64,000 bases of DNA from Thermoanaerobaculia bacterium (GTDB lineage: Bacteria > Acidobacteriota > Thermoanaerobaculia > Multivoradales > UBA5704): assembly GCA_036277075.1 (NCBI GenBank), contig DASUNQ010000027.1, positions 701 to 64,700 of the forward strand, read 5' to 3'. The first letter of the stretch is position 1, and every line of letters begins with the position of its first letter. Position numbers and translations under genes: made by a program. This document shows positions 37,462 through 47,000 of the stretch, piece after piece. Under the pieces are notes generated by a model. It ran no database searches and was not told the DNA's origin. It worked only from the letters and a program-made list of their open reading frames with translations.

Positions 37462-39041
37462 GAGGTCCTCCTGCGCTCCTCGGGCAGCAGCACCCGCCCG
37501 GCGAGATCCTCCCAGCCGCCGCGCCAGGCCTCCTCGGTCAGGTGCGCGCGCTGGAAGTGAATCTCCTCGCCGTCGCGGGCGAAGGAGCCGGCGGCGAGGC
37601 GCACGAGGCCGGCGCGGTGGAGGCCGCCCAGGAGCCGGTCGCAGCGGGCGCGGTCGAGGCCGTCGCCGGCGAGGGCGCGGCCGAGCTGCCCCGGGGTCTG
37701 GCCGTCCGTCTCGCGCAGGGCGTCGAGCAGGCGGTGGAGGCCGCCGGCCTCGCGCGCCGTCGGCGGGCGGAAGCGGCGGACGGCGCAGCGCGCCGGGGCG
37801 CAGGCGTCGCAGAGGCCGCAGGGGGCGCCGGCGTCCGCCTCGTCGCCGAAGTGGCGCAGGAGGGCGAGCATGCGGCACTCCTGACCCCCGGCGCAGCGCC
37901 CGATCGCGCCGAGCATGGCGCGGCGGTGGGGGCGCCGCTCGGGGTCGGGCGCGTCGCGCTCGAGCAGCGCCTCCTGCAGCCGCCGGTCGGCGAAGGAGTG
38001 GAGCAGGACGGCGCGGGCCGGCAGGCCGTCGCGGCCGGCGCGGCCGATCTCCTGGTACCACCCTTCGATCGACGCCGGCAGCGCCGTGTGCACCACGGTG
38101 CGCACGTCCGCCTTGTCGATCCCCATGCCGAAGGCGATCGTGGCGACGACGGCGTCGAGCGCGCCGGCGAGGAAGGCCGACTGCACGCGCTCGCGCTCCG
38201 CGGCGGCGAGGCCGGCGTGGTACGCGGCCGCGGCAAGGCCGGCGGCGGCGAGGTCGGCGGCCAGCGCCGCCGCCTCCTTGCGCGTCGGGACGTAGACCAG
38301 CGCCGGGCGGTGGGCTGGATCGTCGAGGAGACCGAGGACGGCGGCGCGCCGCGCCGACGGCGGCAGCTCCACCACCTCGATCGCCAGGTTGGTGCGGCGC
38401 AGGCCGAGGAGGAAGCGCGCCGGGTCGGCGAGGCCGAGCTGGCGGGCGATGTCGTCCTGGACTCGGGGCGTGGCGGTGGCGGTCAGGGCCACGACCGGCG
38501 CCGGGCGGAGGCCGGGCAGGCGCTCGCCCAGGAGCCGGTAGTCGGGGCGGAAGTCGTGCCCCCAGTGCGAGATGCAGTGCGCCTCGTCGATCGCGACCAG
38601 GGCCGGCGGGCGGCGCGCCAGGAGCTCGGGGAAGCCGGGCGCCGCCAGCCGCTCGGGGGCCAGGAAGAGGTAGTCGAGGCGGCCGTGGAGGTAGTCGCGA
38701 CAGGCGACTGCGGCTTCGGCGCGCCCGCGCCCGGAGTGCACCCGTGCGGCGCGCAGGCCGAGGGCGTCGAGGCGCGCCACTTGGTCCTCCATGAGTGCGA
38801 TGAGCGGCGAGACGACGAGCGTCGTGCCGCCGCGCGCCAGCCCCGGGAGCTGGTAGCAGAGCGACTTGCCGGCCCCGGTCGGCATGACGAGGAGGACGTC
38901 CCGCCCCGCCGCGACCGCGCGGCACACCGCCTCCTGCCCCGGCCGGAAATCGGCCAGGCCGAAGACGGCGTGGAGCAGCCCGCGCAAGCGGTCGGCAGGC
39001 GCGGCGGCGGCCGAAGGGCCGAAGAGCGGGAGCGAGGACAT
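37458..39041 (-). CDS. recQ: ATP-dependent DNA helicase RecQ, about 527 aa
   Basis: Motif I PTGAGKSLCYQLP, motif II DEAHCISHWGHDFRPDY, helicase C motifs, and a zinc-binding Cys cluster (CGLCDACAP). The internal ATG (MSSLPLFGP) is chosen as the start. Confidence 0.9.
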   Translation of the reverse strand: MSSLPLFGPSAAAAPADRLRGLLHAVFGLADFRPGQEAVCRAVAAGRDVLLVMPTGAGKSLCYQLPGLARGGTTLVVSPLIALMEDQVARLDALGLRAARVHSGRGRAEAAVACRDYLHGRLDYLFLAPERLAAPGFPELLARRPPALVAIDEAHCISHWGHDFRPDYRLLGERLPGLRPAPVVALTATATPRVQDDIARQLGLADPARFLLGLRRTNLAIEVVELPPSARRAAVLGLLDDPAHRPALVYVPTRKEAAALAADLAAAGLAAAAYHAGLAAAERERVQSAFLAGALDAVVATIAFGMGIDKADVRTVVHTALPASIEGWYQEIGRAGRDGLPARAVLLHSFADRRLQEALLERDAPDPERRPHRRAMLGAIGRCAGGQECRMLALLRHFGDEADAGAPCGLCDACAPARCAVRRFRPPTAREAGGLHRLLDALRETDGQTPGQLGRALAGDGLDRARCDRLLGGLHRAGLVRLAAGSFARDGEEIHFQRAHLTEEAWRGGWEDLAGRVLLPEERRRTS

Positions 39042-39163
39042 CGAGCGGCTCGGAAAGAGAAGGCTATCGCAGAAGCCGCGCTCGTAACTCTTGGCTCCGA
39101 CCATCGCCTATTTGAGCAATCGATGTCTCATTGGCGGGACATCGGCGATCGGGAGGACCAAGT

Positions 39164-39718
39164 ATGGGCATGGCTAGACTCAACATCTGGGTCTCCGGTC
39201 TCGACGACCCCTGCAGGATCGCCGACGAACGGACGTGGTACGTCACGATCTACCGCTGCGACGGCAGCGTCCTCGAGTGGTGCGGCCGGCGCTACGTGGT
39301 GCTCCCGGCGCGCTGCGGCCACCTCGAGGTGGAGGTGCCCCCGGGCTGCTACCGGATCATCGCGGTCTGGAGCTTCGCGATTCTGGGCGGCATCTACCAC
39401 GTCAACCACTTCACCGACTCGGCGGTGGTGCAGGCGTGCTGCGACGAGCACGTCTGCGTGACGTTGTTCAACCCGAGCGTCCACCGCTGCGGGACCATCT
39501 TCCTGCGGGCGGTGCAGGACATCGTGCTGCAGAAGGGTGTCAAGCGGGAGACCGCCCAGCAGGTGGAGAGGGCGGTTCAGGCGTTCCTCGCCGAGCTGCC
39601 GCCGCCACCCGGCACCTTCGAGCTCGCCCACCTCGACGAGATCGAGAAGCTGGTGCGGGAGCAGGAGAAGGGTCAGGGGCAGGGCAAGGGCAAGGATGGG
39701 GAGAAGAAGGGGCGCTGA
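39164..39718 (+). CDS. Cys-rich hypothetical protein, about 184 aa
   Basis: GGGAGGA Shine-Dalgarno 7 nt before the ATG at 39164. GC3-rich codon usage. Ten Cys residues in the first 120 aa. Lys/Gly/Gln-rich C-terminal tail. An AT-richer promoter-like stretch lies at 39090-39160. Confidence 0.5.
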   Translation: MGMARLNIWVSGLDDPCRIADERTWYVTIYRCDGSVLEWCGRRYVVLPARCGHLEVEVPPGCYRIIAVWSFAILGGIYHVNHFTDSAVVQACCDEHVCVTLFNPSVHRCGTIFLRAVQDIVLQKGVKRETAQQVERAVQAFLAELPPPPGTFELAHLDEIEKLVREQEKGQGQGKGKDGEKKGR

Positions 39719-39741
39719 GACCAACCGAGGGCGGGCCGCCG

Positions 39742-40788
39742 CTAACTCGTGGCGGCCCGCCCTCGCCGTAGCGAGGTGCGCAGCTCGAGGGTGGCGAGGG
39801 CGGGGAGGCCGACGGCGAGGACGACGCCGTAGTGGAGGCCGCGGTAGAGGAGGGTGCCGGCGGCGGCGTCGATGCGGTCGACCCCCAGGGCGGCGAAGGT
39901 GGCGACCATCGCCGCCTCGGTGGCGCCGATGCCGCCGGGGACGCCGGTGAGCATGCCGGCGGCGAGGCCGAGCGAGACCGCGCCGACGACGACCGCCATC
40001 CGCACCTCGGCGCCGAAGCCGCGGAAGACCAGCCACTGCGCGAAGGCGTTGAGGAGGAAGAAGGCGGCGCCGATCCCCACCACCTGGACGCGCAGGCGGC
40101 GGTCGGCGAAGAGGCGCGCGAAGACCTCGACCGCCTCGTGACTGTGGGAGAGCAGTCTGCCGACGCGCCCCGAGGCGGCCGCGGCGCGGCGCGCCAGGAG
40201 GGCCGCCAGCCGGCCGCCCCCCTCGCCGCCGCCGCTGCGGCGGCTCCAGACGAAGAGCGCGACGCCGGTCGCGACGAAGGCCGCGAGCGCCGCCCAACCG
40301 AGCCGCCAGCGCCCGAGCGCGAAGGCCACGACGATGACCGCCGCCCAGGAGAGCGCGGTCATCACCGCGTTGTGTGCGAGCTGGTCGAAGAGCACCACGC
40401 CGTAGGCGCGGCCGAAGCTGCCGGGTCCGCCCCGCGCGGTATAGCGGGCGCGCAGGAGGCCGCCGGCGAGGCGCACCGTCGGGGTCACCATGTTGACCGC
40501 CGCCGACGAGAGGAGGGAGAAGAAGCCGGTGACCAGGCTCGGCGCGCGCTCGACGCGGCGCATCGCCAGGTACCAGCGCACGTCCCAGACCGCGAAGCGC
40601 GCCAGGAGGCAGAAGGCGGCGAGGGCGAGGATCGGCCAGCTCGCGCTGTCGAGCCGCGCCGCGACCTCCGCCCAGCGGACGCCGGCGAGGAGCCGCACCG
40701 CGAGCGCCACGGCCAAGCCGACGAGCACGAGCTTGAGGAGGGTGGAGACCCAGGCGCGGAGGCGCGAGCGGCGAGGTTCCTGCGTCAT
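39742..40788 (-). CDS. Flippase-like / lysylphosphatidylglycerol-synthase-TM-region family (UPF0104) membrane protein, about 348 aa
   Basis: Eight predicted TM helices, Arg-rich loops and a GG-rich cytoplasmic loop. The internal ATG (MTQEPRRSRL) is chosen as the start. Confidence 0.6.
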   Translation of the reverse strand: MTQEPRRSRLRAWVSTLLKLVLVGLAVALAVRLLAGVRWAEVAARLDSASWPILALAAFCLLARFAVWDVRWYLAMRRVERAPSLVTGFFSLLSSAAVNMVTPTVRLAGGLLRARYTARGGPGSFGRAYGVVLFDQLAHNAVMTALSWAAVIVVAFALGRWRLGWAALAAFVATGVALFVWSRRSGGGEGGGRLAALLARRAAAASGRVGRLLSHSHEAVEVFARLFADRRLRVQVVGIGAAFFLLNAFAQWLVFRGFGAEVRMAVVVGAVSLGLAAGMLTGVPGGIGATEAAMVATFAALGVDRIDAAAGTLLYRGLHYGVVLAVGLPALATLELRTSLRRGRAATS

Positions 40789-40828
40789 GATGGGCGGCGC
40801 CCAGGATAGCGCGGGCGGAGGAGGCGCG

Positions 40829-42280
40829 ATGGAGGACGAGCTCACGGCCGGACGCCTGGAGCTGTCGCCGGAGGCGATGCGCGCGCTCGGCTACCGCGCG
40901 GTCGACCTGCTCGTCGAGCGCCACGCCGGCGAGCGCGCGCTGCCGGTGACGCGCCACACGCCGCGGGGGCTCCTCGCGGCGCGCCTCGCCGAGCCGCCGC
41001 CCGAGGGGCCGTCCGACCCGCTCGCCGTCCTCGCCCGGTTGGCGCGCGACGTCGTCCCCTTCCAGGGGCACATCGGGCACCCGCGCTTCTTCGCCTTCGT
41101 GCCCAGCCCGAGCAACTTCGTCGGCGTCGTCGCCGACCTCCTCGCCTCCGGTCTCAACCCCTTCTGCGGCACCTGGCTCGAGGGGCCCGGTCCGGCGGAG
41201 GTGGAGCTGGTGACGGTCGACTGGCTGCGCCGGCTCTGCGGGCTGCCCGAGGTGGCCGGCGGGCTCTTCGTCAGCGGCGGGTCGGTGGCGAACTTGACGG
41301 CCCTCGTCGTGGCGCGGGAGGAGCGGCTCGCGGCGCCGATCGAGCGCGGCACGGCCTACCTCTCGGACCAGGCGCACTCCTCGGTCGAGCGCGCCCTGCG
41401 CGTCCTCGGGCTCCCGGCCGCGAACGTGCGCAAGCTGCCGGCGGACGACGGCTGGCGCCTGCCGCTGCCGGCGCTCCGCGCCGCCCTCGCCGCCGACCGC
41501 GCCGCCGGGCTCTCCCCGTTCTGCGTCGTGGCGAGCGCCGGCACCACGAACACCGGCGCCGTCGACCCGCTGCCCGAGCTGGCCGACCTCTGCGCCGAGC
41601 AGCTCCTCTGGCTCCACGTCGACGGCGCCTACGGCGCGGCGGCGGCGCTCTCGGCGCGCGGCCGCGCCACCCTGGCCGGCCTCGAGCGCGCCGACTCGCT
41701 GTCGCTCGACCCCCACAAGTGGCTCTTCCAGCCAATCGAGTGCGGCTGCGTGCTGCTGCGCGACGGCGGGCTCCTGCGGCAGACCTTCCACGTCTTGCCC
41801 GAGTACCTGCAGGACGTCGAGCGCGGGCTCGAGGAGGTCAACTTCTGCGACCTGGGGCTCCAGCTCACCCGCGGCTTCCGCGCGCTCAAGCTCTGGATGT
41901 CGCTCCAGGTCTTCGGTCTCGCCGCCTTCCGCCAGGCGATCGAGCGCGGGATCGCGCTCGCCGAACGGGCCGAAGGCCTGCTGCGCGCGGAGCCCGAGCG
42001 CTGGGAGGTGGTCTCGGCGGCGGCGCTCGGCATCGTCTGCTTCCGCTGGGCGCCGGCGGGGCGGAGCGAGGCGGCGCTCGAGCGCGCCAACCGGGGCGTG
42101 ACCGACGCGCTGCTCGAGGACGGCACCGCCTTTGCGAGCTCGACCCGTCTCGGGAGGCGGACGGTGCTCCGCCTCTGCACGATCAATCCGCGCACGACCG
42201 AGGAGGACCTCCGCTGGACCCTCGGCCGCATGGCGGCGGCCGCCGAGCGGGCGGCGGAAGGGGAGGAGGAGACACGATGA
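40829..42280 (+). CDS. PLP-dependent group II decarboxylase (aromatic-L-amino-acid / glutamate decarboxylase family), 483 aa
   Basis: PLP-binding motif SLDPHKWL (Lys), GTTNTGAVDP, HVDGAYG. Confidence 0.85.
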   Translation: MEDELTAGRLELSPEAMRALGYRAVDLLVERHAGERALPVTRHTPRGLLAARLAEPPPEGPSDPLAVLARLARDVVPFQGHIGHPRFFAFVPSPSNFVGVVADLLASGLNPFCGTWLEGPGPAEVELVTVDWLRRLCGLPEVAGGLFVSGGSVANLTALVVAREERLAAPIERGTAYLSDQAHSSVERALRVLGLPAANVRKLPADDGWRLPLPALRAALAADRAAGLSPFCVVASAGTTNTGAVDPLPELADLCAEQLLWLHVDGAYGAAAALSARGRATLAGLERADSLSLDPHKWLFQPIECGCVLLRDGGLLRQTFHVLPEYLQDVERGLEEVNFCDLGLQLTRGFRALKLWMSLQVFGLAAFRQAIERGIALAERAEGLLRAEPERWEVVSAAALGIVCFRWAPAGRSEAALERANRGVTDALLEDGTAFASSTRLGRRTVLRLCTINPRTTEEDLRWTLGRMAAAAERAAEGEEETR

Positions 42281-42513
42281 GCGACACCAAGGTGACGGTG
42301 CTGAAGAACGGCCCCTTGCGCCTCGAAGGGACCGACCTCCTGATCGTCGATCCGGCGGGCAACGCCTTCGGCCTGGGAGGGCGGACCGTGCTCTCCCTCT
42401 GCCGTTGCGGCCAGTCCCAGAACAAGCCGTTCTGCGACGGCAGCCACAACCACCACGGCTTCCAGGACGAGCCCCAGGCCCGCGACCTGCCGCCGAAGAA
42501 GCCGGCGGTCTGA
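42277..42513 (+). CDS. CDGSH-type iron-sulfur domain protein, 78 aa
   Basis: CRCGQSQNKPFCDGSH is the CDGSH 3Cys-1His [2Fe-2S] motif. ATGA overlap with the decarboxylase stop. Confidence 0.7.
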   Translation: MSDTKVTVLKNGPLRLEGTDLLIVDPAGNAFGLGGRTVLSLCRCGQSQNKPFCDGSHNHHGFQDEPQARDLPPKKPAV

Positions 42514-45401
42514 GGCCGGAGCCCGCGCCGCTGAGCCGCCGGCCGGGGCGAGCGCTCGCCCTCCTCGTCCTGTTCGCCGCCTCCCCCGCAGCCCCGGCTG
42601 CGGCGCAGGGACCGGCGGCCGACTGGCGGACGCTCGAGACGGCGCACTTCCGCTTCCACTTTCCGGCGGAGTCCGAGGCCTGGGTGCGGCGGGCGGCGGC
42701 GCGGGTCGAGGCGATCCGGACGGCGGTGGCGGCGGAGGTCGGCTACGCGCCCCCGCAGCGGGTCGAGGTGCTGGTCTCCGACCCGATCGCCGCCCCGAAC
42801 GGAGCCGCGATCCCGCTCCTCGGGCGGCCGCGCCTCGTCCTCTGGACCAGCCCGCCGCCGCCGGACTCGGTGATCGGCCACTACCGCGACTGGTCGGAGG
42901 CCCTGCTGGTCCACGAAGAGGCGCACCTCGCGCACCTCCTCCGCCCCTCGCGCAACCCGCTGCGCCGGAGCCTCGCCTGGCTGCTGCCGGTGGGGCCGAT
43001 CGCGCTCGCGGCGCCGCGCTGGGCGGTCGAGGGGTACGCGACGCTGGTCGAGGGGCGGCTCACCGGCGCCGGGCGGCCGCACGGCGACCTGCGCGCCGCG
43101 GTGCTGCGGCGCTGGGCGCTGGCCGGCCGGCTGCCGAGCTACGGTCAGCTCTCAGGCGACGACCGCTGGCTGGGGTTGTCGATGGCCTATCTCGCCGGCT
43201 CGGCGTACCTCGAGTGGCTCGACGCGCGCGCCGGGCCGGGGAGCCTGCCGAAGCTCTGGGCACGGCTGTCGGCGCGCCGCAGCCGCAGCTTCGAGGAGGC
43301 CTTCCGCGGCGTCTTCGGCGACGACCCGGCGGACCTCTACGGCCGCTTCACCGCCGAGCTGACGCACCGCGCCGTCGAGGCCGAGCGGCGGCTGGCGGCG
43401 GCGGCGCCGGAGGGGCGCGAGGGGGTCCCCTGGCAGGACCTGGAGGAGGCGACGGGCGCGCCGGCCGTCTCGCCCGACGGCGGCGCGCTGGCGCTGGTGC
43501 GGCGGCGGCGCGACGAGCCGGGGGAGCTGGTGGTCTGGGCGACGGCGCCCGACGCCGAGGCGGAGAAGAAGTGGCAGGAAGAGGTCGAGCGGCTCCTGCG
43601 GCGCGATCCGGAGGACGTGGCGCCGGTGCGGAGCGGGCCGCTGCCGCGCAAGGAGCGCCACCTCCTGGCGCTCGAGCCGGAGGCGACGATGCCGCGCTAT
43701 CTCGCGGACGGGAGCGTGCTCTTCGTCCGCTTCGCGCCGGACCGCGAGGGCTACCTGCACCCCGACCTCTTCCGTTGGGAGCCGGGGGCCGGGGGGGGCG
43801 TGCGGCTGACGCGCGGGGCCGACCTCCGCGACCCCGACCCGGCGCCGGACGGGCGCTGGGCGGCCGCCACCCGCATCCGGCACGGCCTCTCGCAGGTGGT
43901 GCGGGTGGACCTCGCGAGCGGCGCCGTCGAGCCGATCACCGCGCCGGCGCTCTCCGCCCTCGATCATCCCCGCGTCGCGCCGGACGGCGGTCGGGTGGCG
44001 TTCGCGCGGCACGCCGAAGGCCGCTGGGAGCTGGTGGTGCGCGACCTCGCGGGCGGCGGCGAGACGCGGCTCGAAGCGCCGCCGGGCGGCACGGTCGCCA
44101 CCCCGGCCTGGGCGCGCGACGGCCGCACTCTCTTCGCCGCGGTGGGACAGGCGGGCTTCATCGACCTGTGGGCCTTCCCCGTCACGCCCGCCGGGCCGCC
44201 GGTGCGGCTCACCCGCACCGCCGGGGCGGCGCTGGCGCCGGAGCCGACGCCGGACGGCAGCGGCCTCTTCTATCTTTCTCTCGCACCGGACGGTCTCGAC
44301 CTCTACCGGCTCGAGCTGCCGGCGCCGCTCGCGGCGCGCCCGCCGATGCCCGTCGACACCGCCGGGCTGGTGCCCGCGGTGCCGCCGCCCCCTCCGGCGG
44401 AGGTGCCGCCGTTCGCGGAGGTCGAGCCCGGGCCCAGCCGTCCGTACGGCGGCGGGCCAGCCGAGACGCTCTTGCTCTCGACCGGTGCCACCGCCTCGGC
44501 CGGCAGTGCCTGGGACGCCGGGGTGCGGGTGGGGGATCCGGTGGGCCGCTGGAACGTCCTGGCGCTCGTCGGCGGGAGCGGAGACGGCGGACCGAAGGGC
44601 GGCGGGGTGGCGGCCGCGTTCCGCGGCTGGCCGGTGGAGGTCTCCGCGCATGGCTTTCAGGTGGAGGAACAACCCTCGCGGCAGGACGACGCGGTGGCGG
44701 CCGCGGCGCTCCTCGACGCCGAGCGGCGCGGGCTCGAGCTGGCGGTCGGCTGGAGGCCGCAGGGGCTGGCGAGCGCGCTCGGGCTCAGCGTCGCCGGCTA
44801 CACCGGAGAGGTGGAGGACCTCGACCAGGAGATCCTCTCGCTCGCCGCCTCCTGGCAGGTGCGCCGGCGGGTCCGCGGTTGGACGCTCTCCCCCTGGCTC
44901 GCCGCCCGCGGGGACTCGGGCGACACCGGCGGCGACTCGTGGGAGCGCTGGCGGGGCACGGCGGGTCTGCGCCTCGCGGACGGCGACGGCGGCGCCCTGG
45001 ACGTCGCCTGGACGCGCGGCCGGGTGAGCGGCGCCCCGCACGCGTTGGACCTCTTTCAGGTCGGAGGCTCCGGATCGAGCCTCCTCCCCGAGACGCTCCT
45101 CGCCGCGCGCATCGAAGCGCCGGCGCTCCCGGTGGGCGCCCTCCTCGGCGACGAGATCGAGTGGCAGAGGGCGCACCTGTCGCTCGACGCTCTCCCCGCC
45201 CCGCTCTTCTTCGAGCGCTTCCGGGTCGGCCGCGACGGCGACTGGCTCCGCCTCGCCGGCCTCGAATGGCGGCTGCGGCTGCCGCCGCTGCCGATCGCCC
45301 GGCTGCCCGCCGTCGACCTCCGCGCCGGCGCCGCCCGCGTCCTCGACGGGCCGCTGCGCGGCGACGAGCGCTGGTGGATCGCTCTCGTCGCGCGCCCCTG
45401 A
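42405..45401 (+). CDS. Secreted protein with N-terminal HExxH metallopeptidase-like motif, PD40/TolB-like beta-propeller repeats and a Gly-rich C-terminal region, about 960-1000 aa (start uncertain)
   Basis: Signal peptide ALALLVLFAASPAAPAAAQG. LLVHEEAHLAHL (HExxH). Repeated S/APDG motifs (VSPDGGALA, APDGRWAA, RVAPDGGRVAFA, ARDGRTLFA, PTPDGSGLFYLS). No ATG or GTG lies near the signal peptide; the nearest in-frame TTG is at 42405 and a CTG at 42531. Confidence 0.5.
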   Translation: MRPVPEQAVLRRQPQPPRLPGRAPGPRPAAEEAGGLRPEPAPLSRRPGRALALLVLFAASPAAPAAAQGPAADWRTLETAHFRFHFPAESEAWVRRAAARVEAIRTAVAAEVGYAPPQRVEVLVSDPIAAPNGAAIPLLGRPRLVLWTSPPPPDSVIGHYRDWSEALLVHEEAHLAHLLRPSRNPLRRSLAWLLPVGPIALAAPRWAVEGYATLVEGRLTGAGRPHGDLRAAVLRRWALAGRLPSYGQLSGDDRWLGLSMAYLAGSAYLEWLDARAGPGSLPKLWARLSARRSRSFEEAFRGVFGDDPADLYGRFTAELTHRAVEAERRLAAAAPEGREGVPWQDLEEATGAPAVSPDGGALALVRRRRDEPGELVVWATAPDAEAEKKWQEEVERLLRRDPEDVAPVRSGPLPRKERHLLALEPEATMPRYLADGSVLFVRFAPDREGYLHPDLFRWEPGAGGGVRLTRGADLRDPDPAPDGRWAAATRIRHGLSQVVRVDLASGAVEPITAPALSALDHPRVAPDGGRVAFARHAEGRWELVVRDLAGGGETRLEAPPGGTVATPAWARDGRTLFAAVGQAGFIDLWAFPVTPAGPPVRLTRTAGAALAPEPTPDGSGLFYLSLAPDGLDLYRLELPAPLAARPPMPVDTAGLVPAVPPPPPAEVPPFAEVEPGPSRPYGGGPAETLLLSTGATASAGSAWDAGVRVGDPVGRWNVLALVGGSGDGGPKGGGVAAAFRGWPVEVSAHGFQVEEQPSRQDDAVAAAALLDAERRGLELAVGWRPQGLASALGLSVAGYTGEVEDLDQEILSLAASWQVRRRVRGWTLSPWLAARGDSGDTGGDSWERWRGTAGLRLADGDGGALDVAWTRGRVSGAPHALDLFQVGGSGSSLLPETLLAARIEAPALPVGALLGDEIEWQRAHLSLDALPAPLFFERFRVGRDGDWLRLAGLEWRLRLPPLPIARLPAVDLRAGAARVLDGPLRGDERWWIALVARP

Positions 45402-45437
45402 GCGTCGCGGCCCCCCTGCTAACATGGCCGGTCCGCC

Positions 45438-46961
45438 GTGACCCAACGAGTGATCCTGCTCCGCCTCTCCGGCGACCTCTACACCAAGGCGCGCAAGACC
45501 CGGCTGCGCTTCCTCCGGCGCCTCGGGCACAACCTCGAGGACGCCCTCTCGACCCACGCCCTGCCGCACCGCCTGGAGAAGAGCTGGAGCCGCTTCGTGG
45601 CCCACGTCGAGGTCCCCCCCGGCGCTGCGGACCCCTGCGAGCTCCTGGCGCGGGTCTTCGGCATCCAGTCGGTGTCGGAGATTGAGCGCCGCCCCTGGAG
45701 CACCCTCGACGACGTCGTCACGGCAGGCGAGGAGCTCTTCCGCGACGCCGTCGCCGGCCGGCGCTTCGCCGTGCGCGCCCGGCGCCGCGGCGACCGCCGC
45801 GCGATCCCCTTCGATTCGCTCGCCGTCGAGCGCGCCCTCGGCCGCGCCCTCCTGCCCCACGCCGCCGGCGTCCAGCTCCACGACCCGGAGGTGACGGCGC
45901 ACGTCGAGGTCGAGCCGGGGGCCGTCCACTTCTTCCGCGAGCGGGTCGCCGGCCGCGGCGGGCTGCCGGTCGGGGTCGAGGGGAGGGGCGTGGCGCTGGT
46001 CTCCGGCGGCTTCGACTCGGCGGTGGCCGCCTGGCTGATGCTCAAGCGCGGCGTCCAGCTCGAGTACGTCTTCTGCAACCTCGGCGGCGACCCGCACCGC
46101 GCCGGCGCGCTCGCCGTCGTGCGCCTCCTCGCCGAGCGCTGGAGCTACGGCTACCGGCCGCGGCTCCACGAGCTGGACTTCCGGCCGCTCGCCGAGGCGA
46201 TCCGGCGCGACACCGACCCGCGCCTGTGGCAGCTCCTGCTCAAGCGCCAGATGCTGCGCGGCGCGGAGGCCATCGCGCGGCGCGGCGGCGCCTCCGGCAT
46301 CGTCACCGGGGACGCCATCGGGCAGGTCTCGTCGCAGACGCTGCAGAACCTCGCGGTGGTGTCGCAGGCGGCGGGGCTGCCCGCCCTGCGGCCGCTCCTC
46401 GGCAGCAACAAGGAGGAGATCCTGGCGCTGGCGCGGGAGGTCGGGGTGTTCGCCGCGGCGGCGGAGGTCGAGGAGTACTGCGGCCTCGACGCGCCGAAGC
46501 CGGCGACCCGCGGCCCGCTGGGGCGGGTCTTGCGCGAGGAGGCCCGGCTCGACCCGGCGCTCCTCGCCCAGGCACTGCGCGAGCGGCGGCTCTTCGACCT
46601 GCGGGCGCTGGCGCCCGCGGACCTCGCGCCGTCGCCGCTCGAGATCGAACGGATCCCGGAAGGGGCGACCCTCGTCGATCTTCGCGCCCTCCCCGCCTAT
46701 CGGACGTGGCACCACCCCGCGGCGCTCTCGCTCGAGTTCCCGCACGCTCTCGGCGCCTTCGCCGCCCTGCCGCGCGACCGCACCTACGTCGTCTACTGCG
46801 AGGTCGGGTGGAAGAGCACCCACGTCGCCGAGCGGATGCGCGCCTCCGGCTTCCTCGCCTATCACCTCAAGGGGGGGCTCGGCGCGGCGATGGCGCAGGC
46901 CGGCCTCGAGACTGCCGAGGAGCGCGCGCTCCTGGCCCCCGCCGTGCGCGACGACCTTTAG
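45438..46961 (+). CDS. thiI: tRNA 4-thiouridine(8) synthase ThiI with C-terminal rhodanese domain, 507 aa
   Basis: PP-loop SGGFDS. THUMP-like N-terminal region. C-terminal rhodanese active-site Cys (YCEVGWKS). Confidence 0.85.
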   Translation: MTQRVILLRLSGDLYTKARKTRLRFLRRLGHNLEDALSTHALPHRLEKSWSRFVAHVEVPPGAADPCELLARVFGIQSVSEIERRPWSTLDDVVTAGEELFRDAVAGRRFAVRARRRGDRRAIPFDSLAVERALGRALLPHAAGVQLHDPEVTAHVEVEPGAVHFFRERVAGRGGLPVGVEGRGVALVSGGFDSAVAAWLMLKRGVQLEYVFCNLGGDPHRAGALAVVRLLAERWSYGYRPRLHELDFRPLAEAIRRDTDPRLWQLLLKRQMLRGAEAIARRGGASGIVTGDAIGQVSSQTLQNLAVVSQAAGLPALRPLLGSNKEEILALAREVGVFAAAAEVEEYCGLDAPKPATRGPLGRVLREEARLDPALLAQALRERRLFDLRALAPADLAPSPLEIERIPEGATLVDLRALPAYRTWHHPAALSLEFPHALGAFAALPRDRTYVVYCEVGWKSTHVAERMRASGFLAYHLKGGLGAAMAQAGLETAEERALLAPAVRDDL

Positions 46962-47000
46962 GCAAGCTCCTCTCCCGACGCGACTTGCCCCTGCCGGGGG

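Noticed and set aside
36874-38925. 683-aa minus-strand ORF
   Set aside because: It is a read-through frame. Only its C-terminal roughly 195 codons (DinB-like, 36874..37461) look like protein. The rest overlaps the real recQ frame (37458..39041) and is Arg/Pro-rich.
46962-47000. Possible terminator hairpin after thiI (GCAAGCTCC...GCGACTTGC)
   Set aside because: The stem is short and imperfect and there is no T-tract, so it is not supportable as a terminator.
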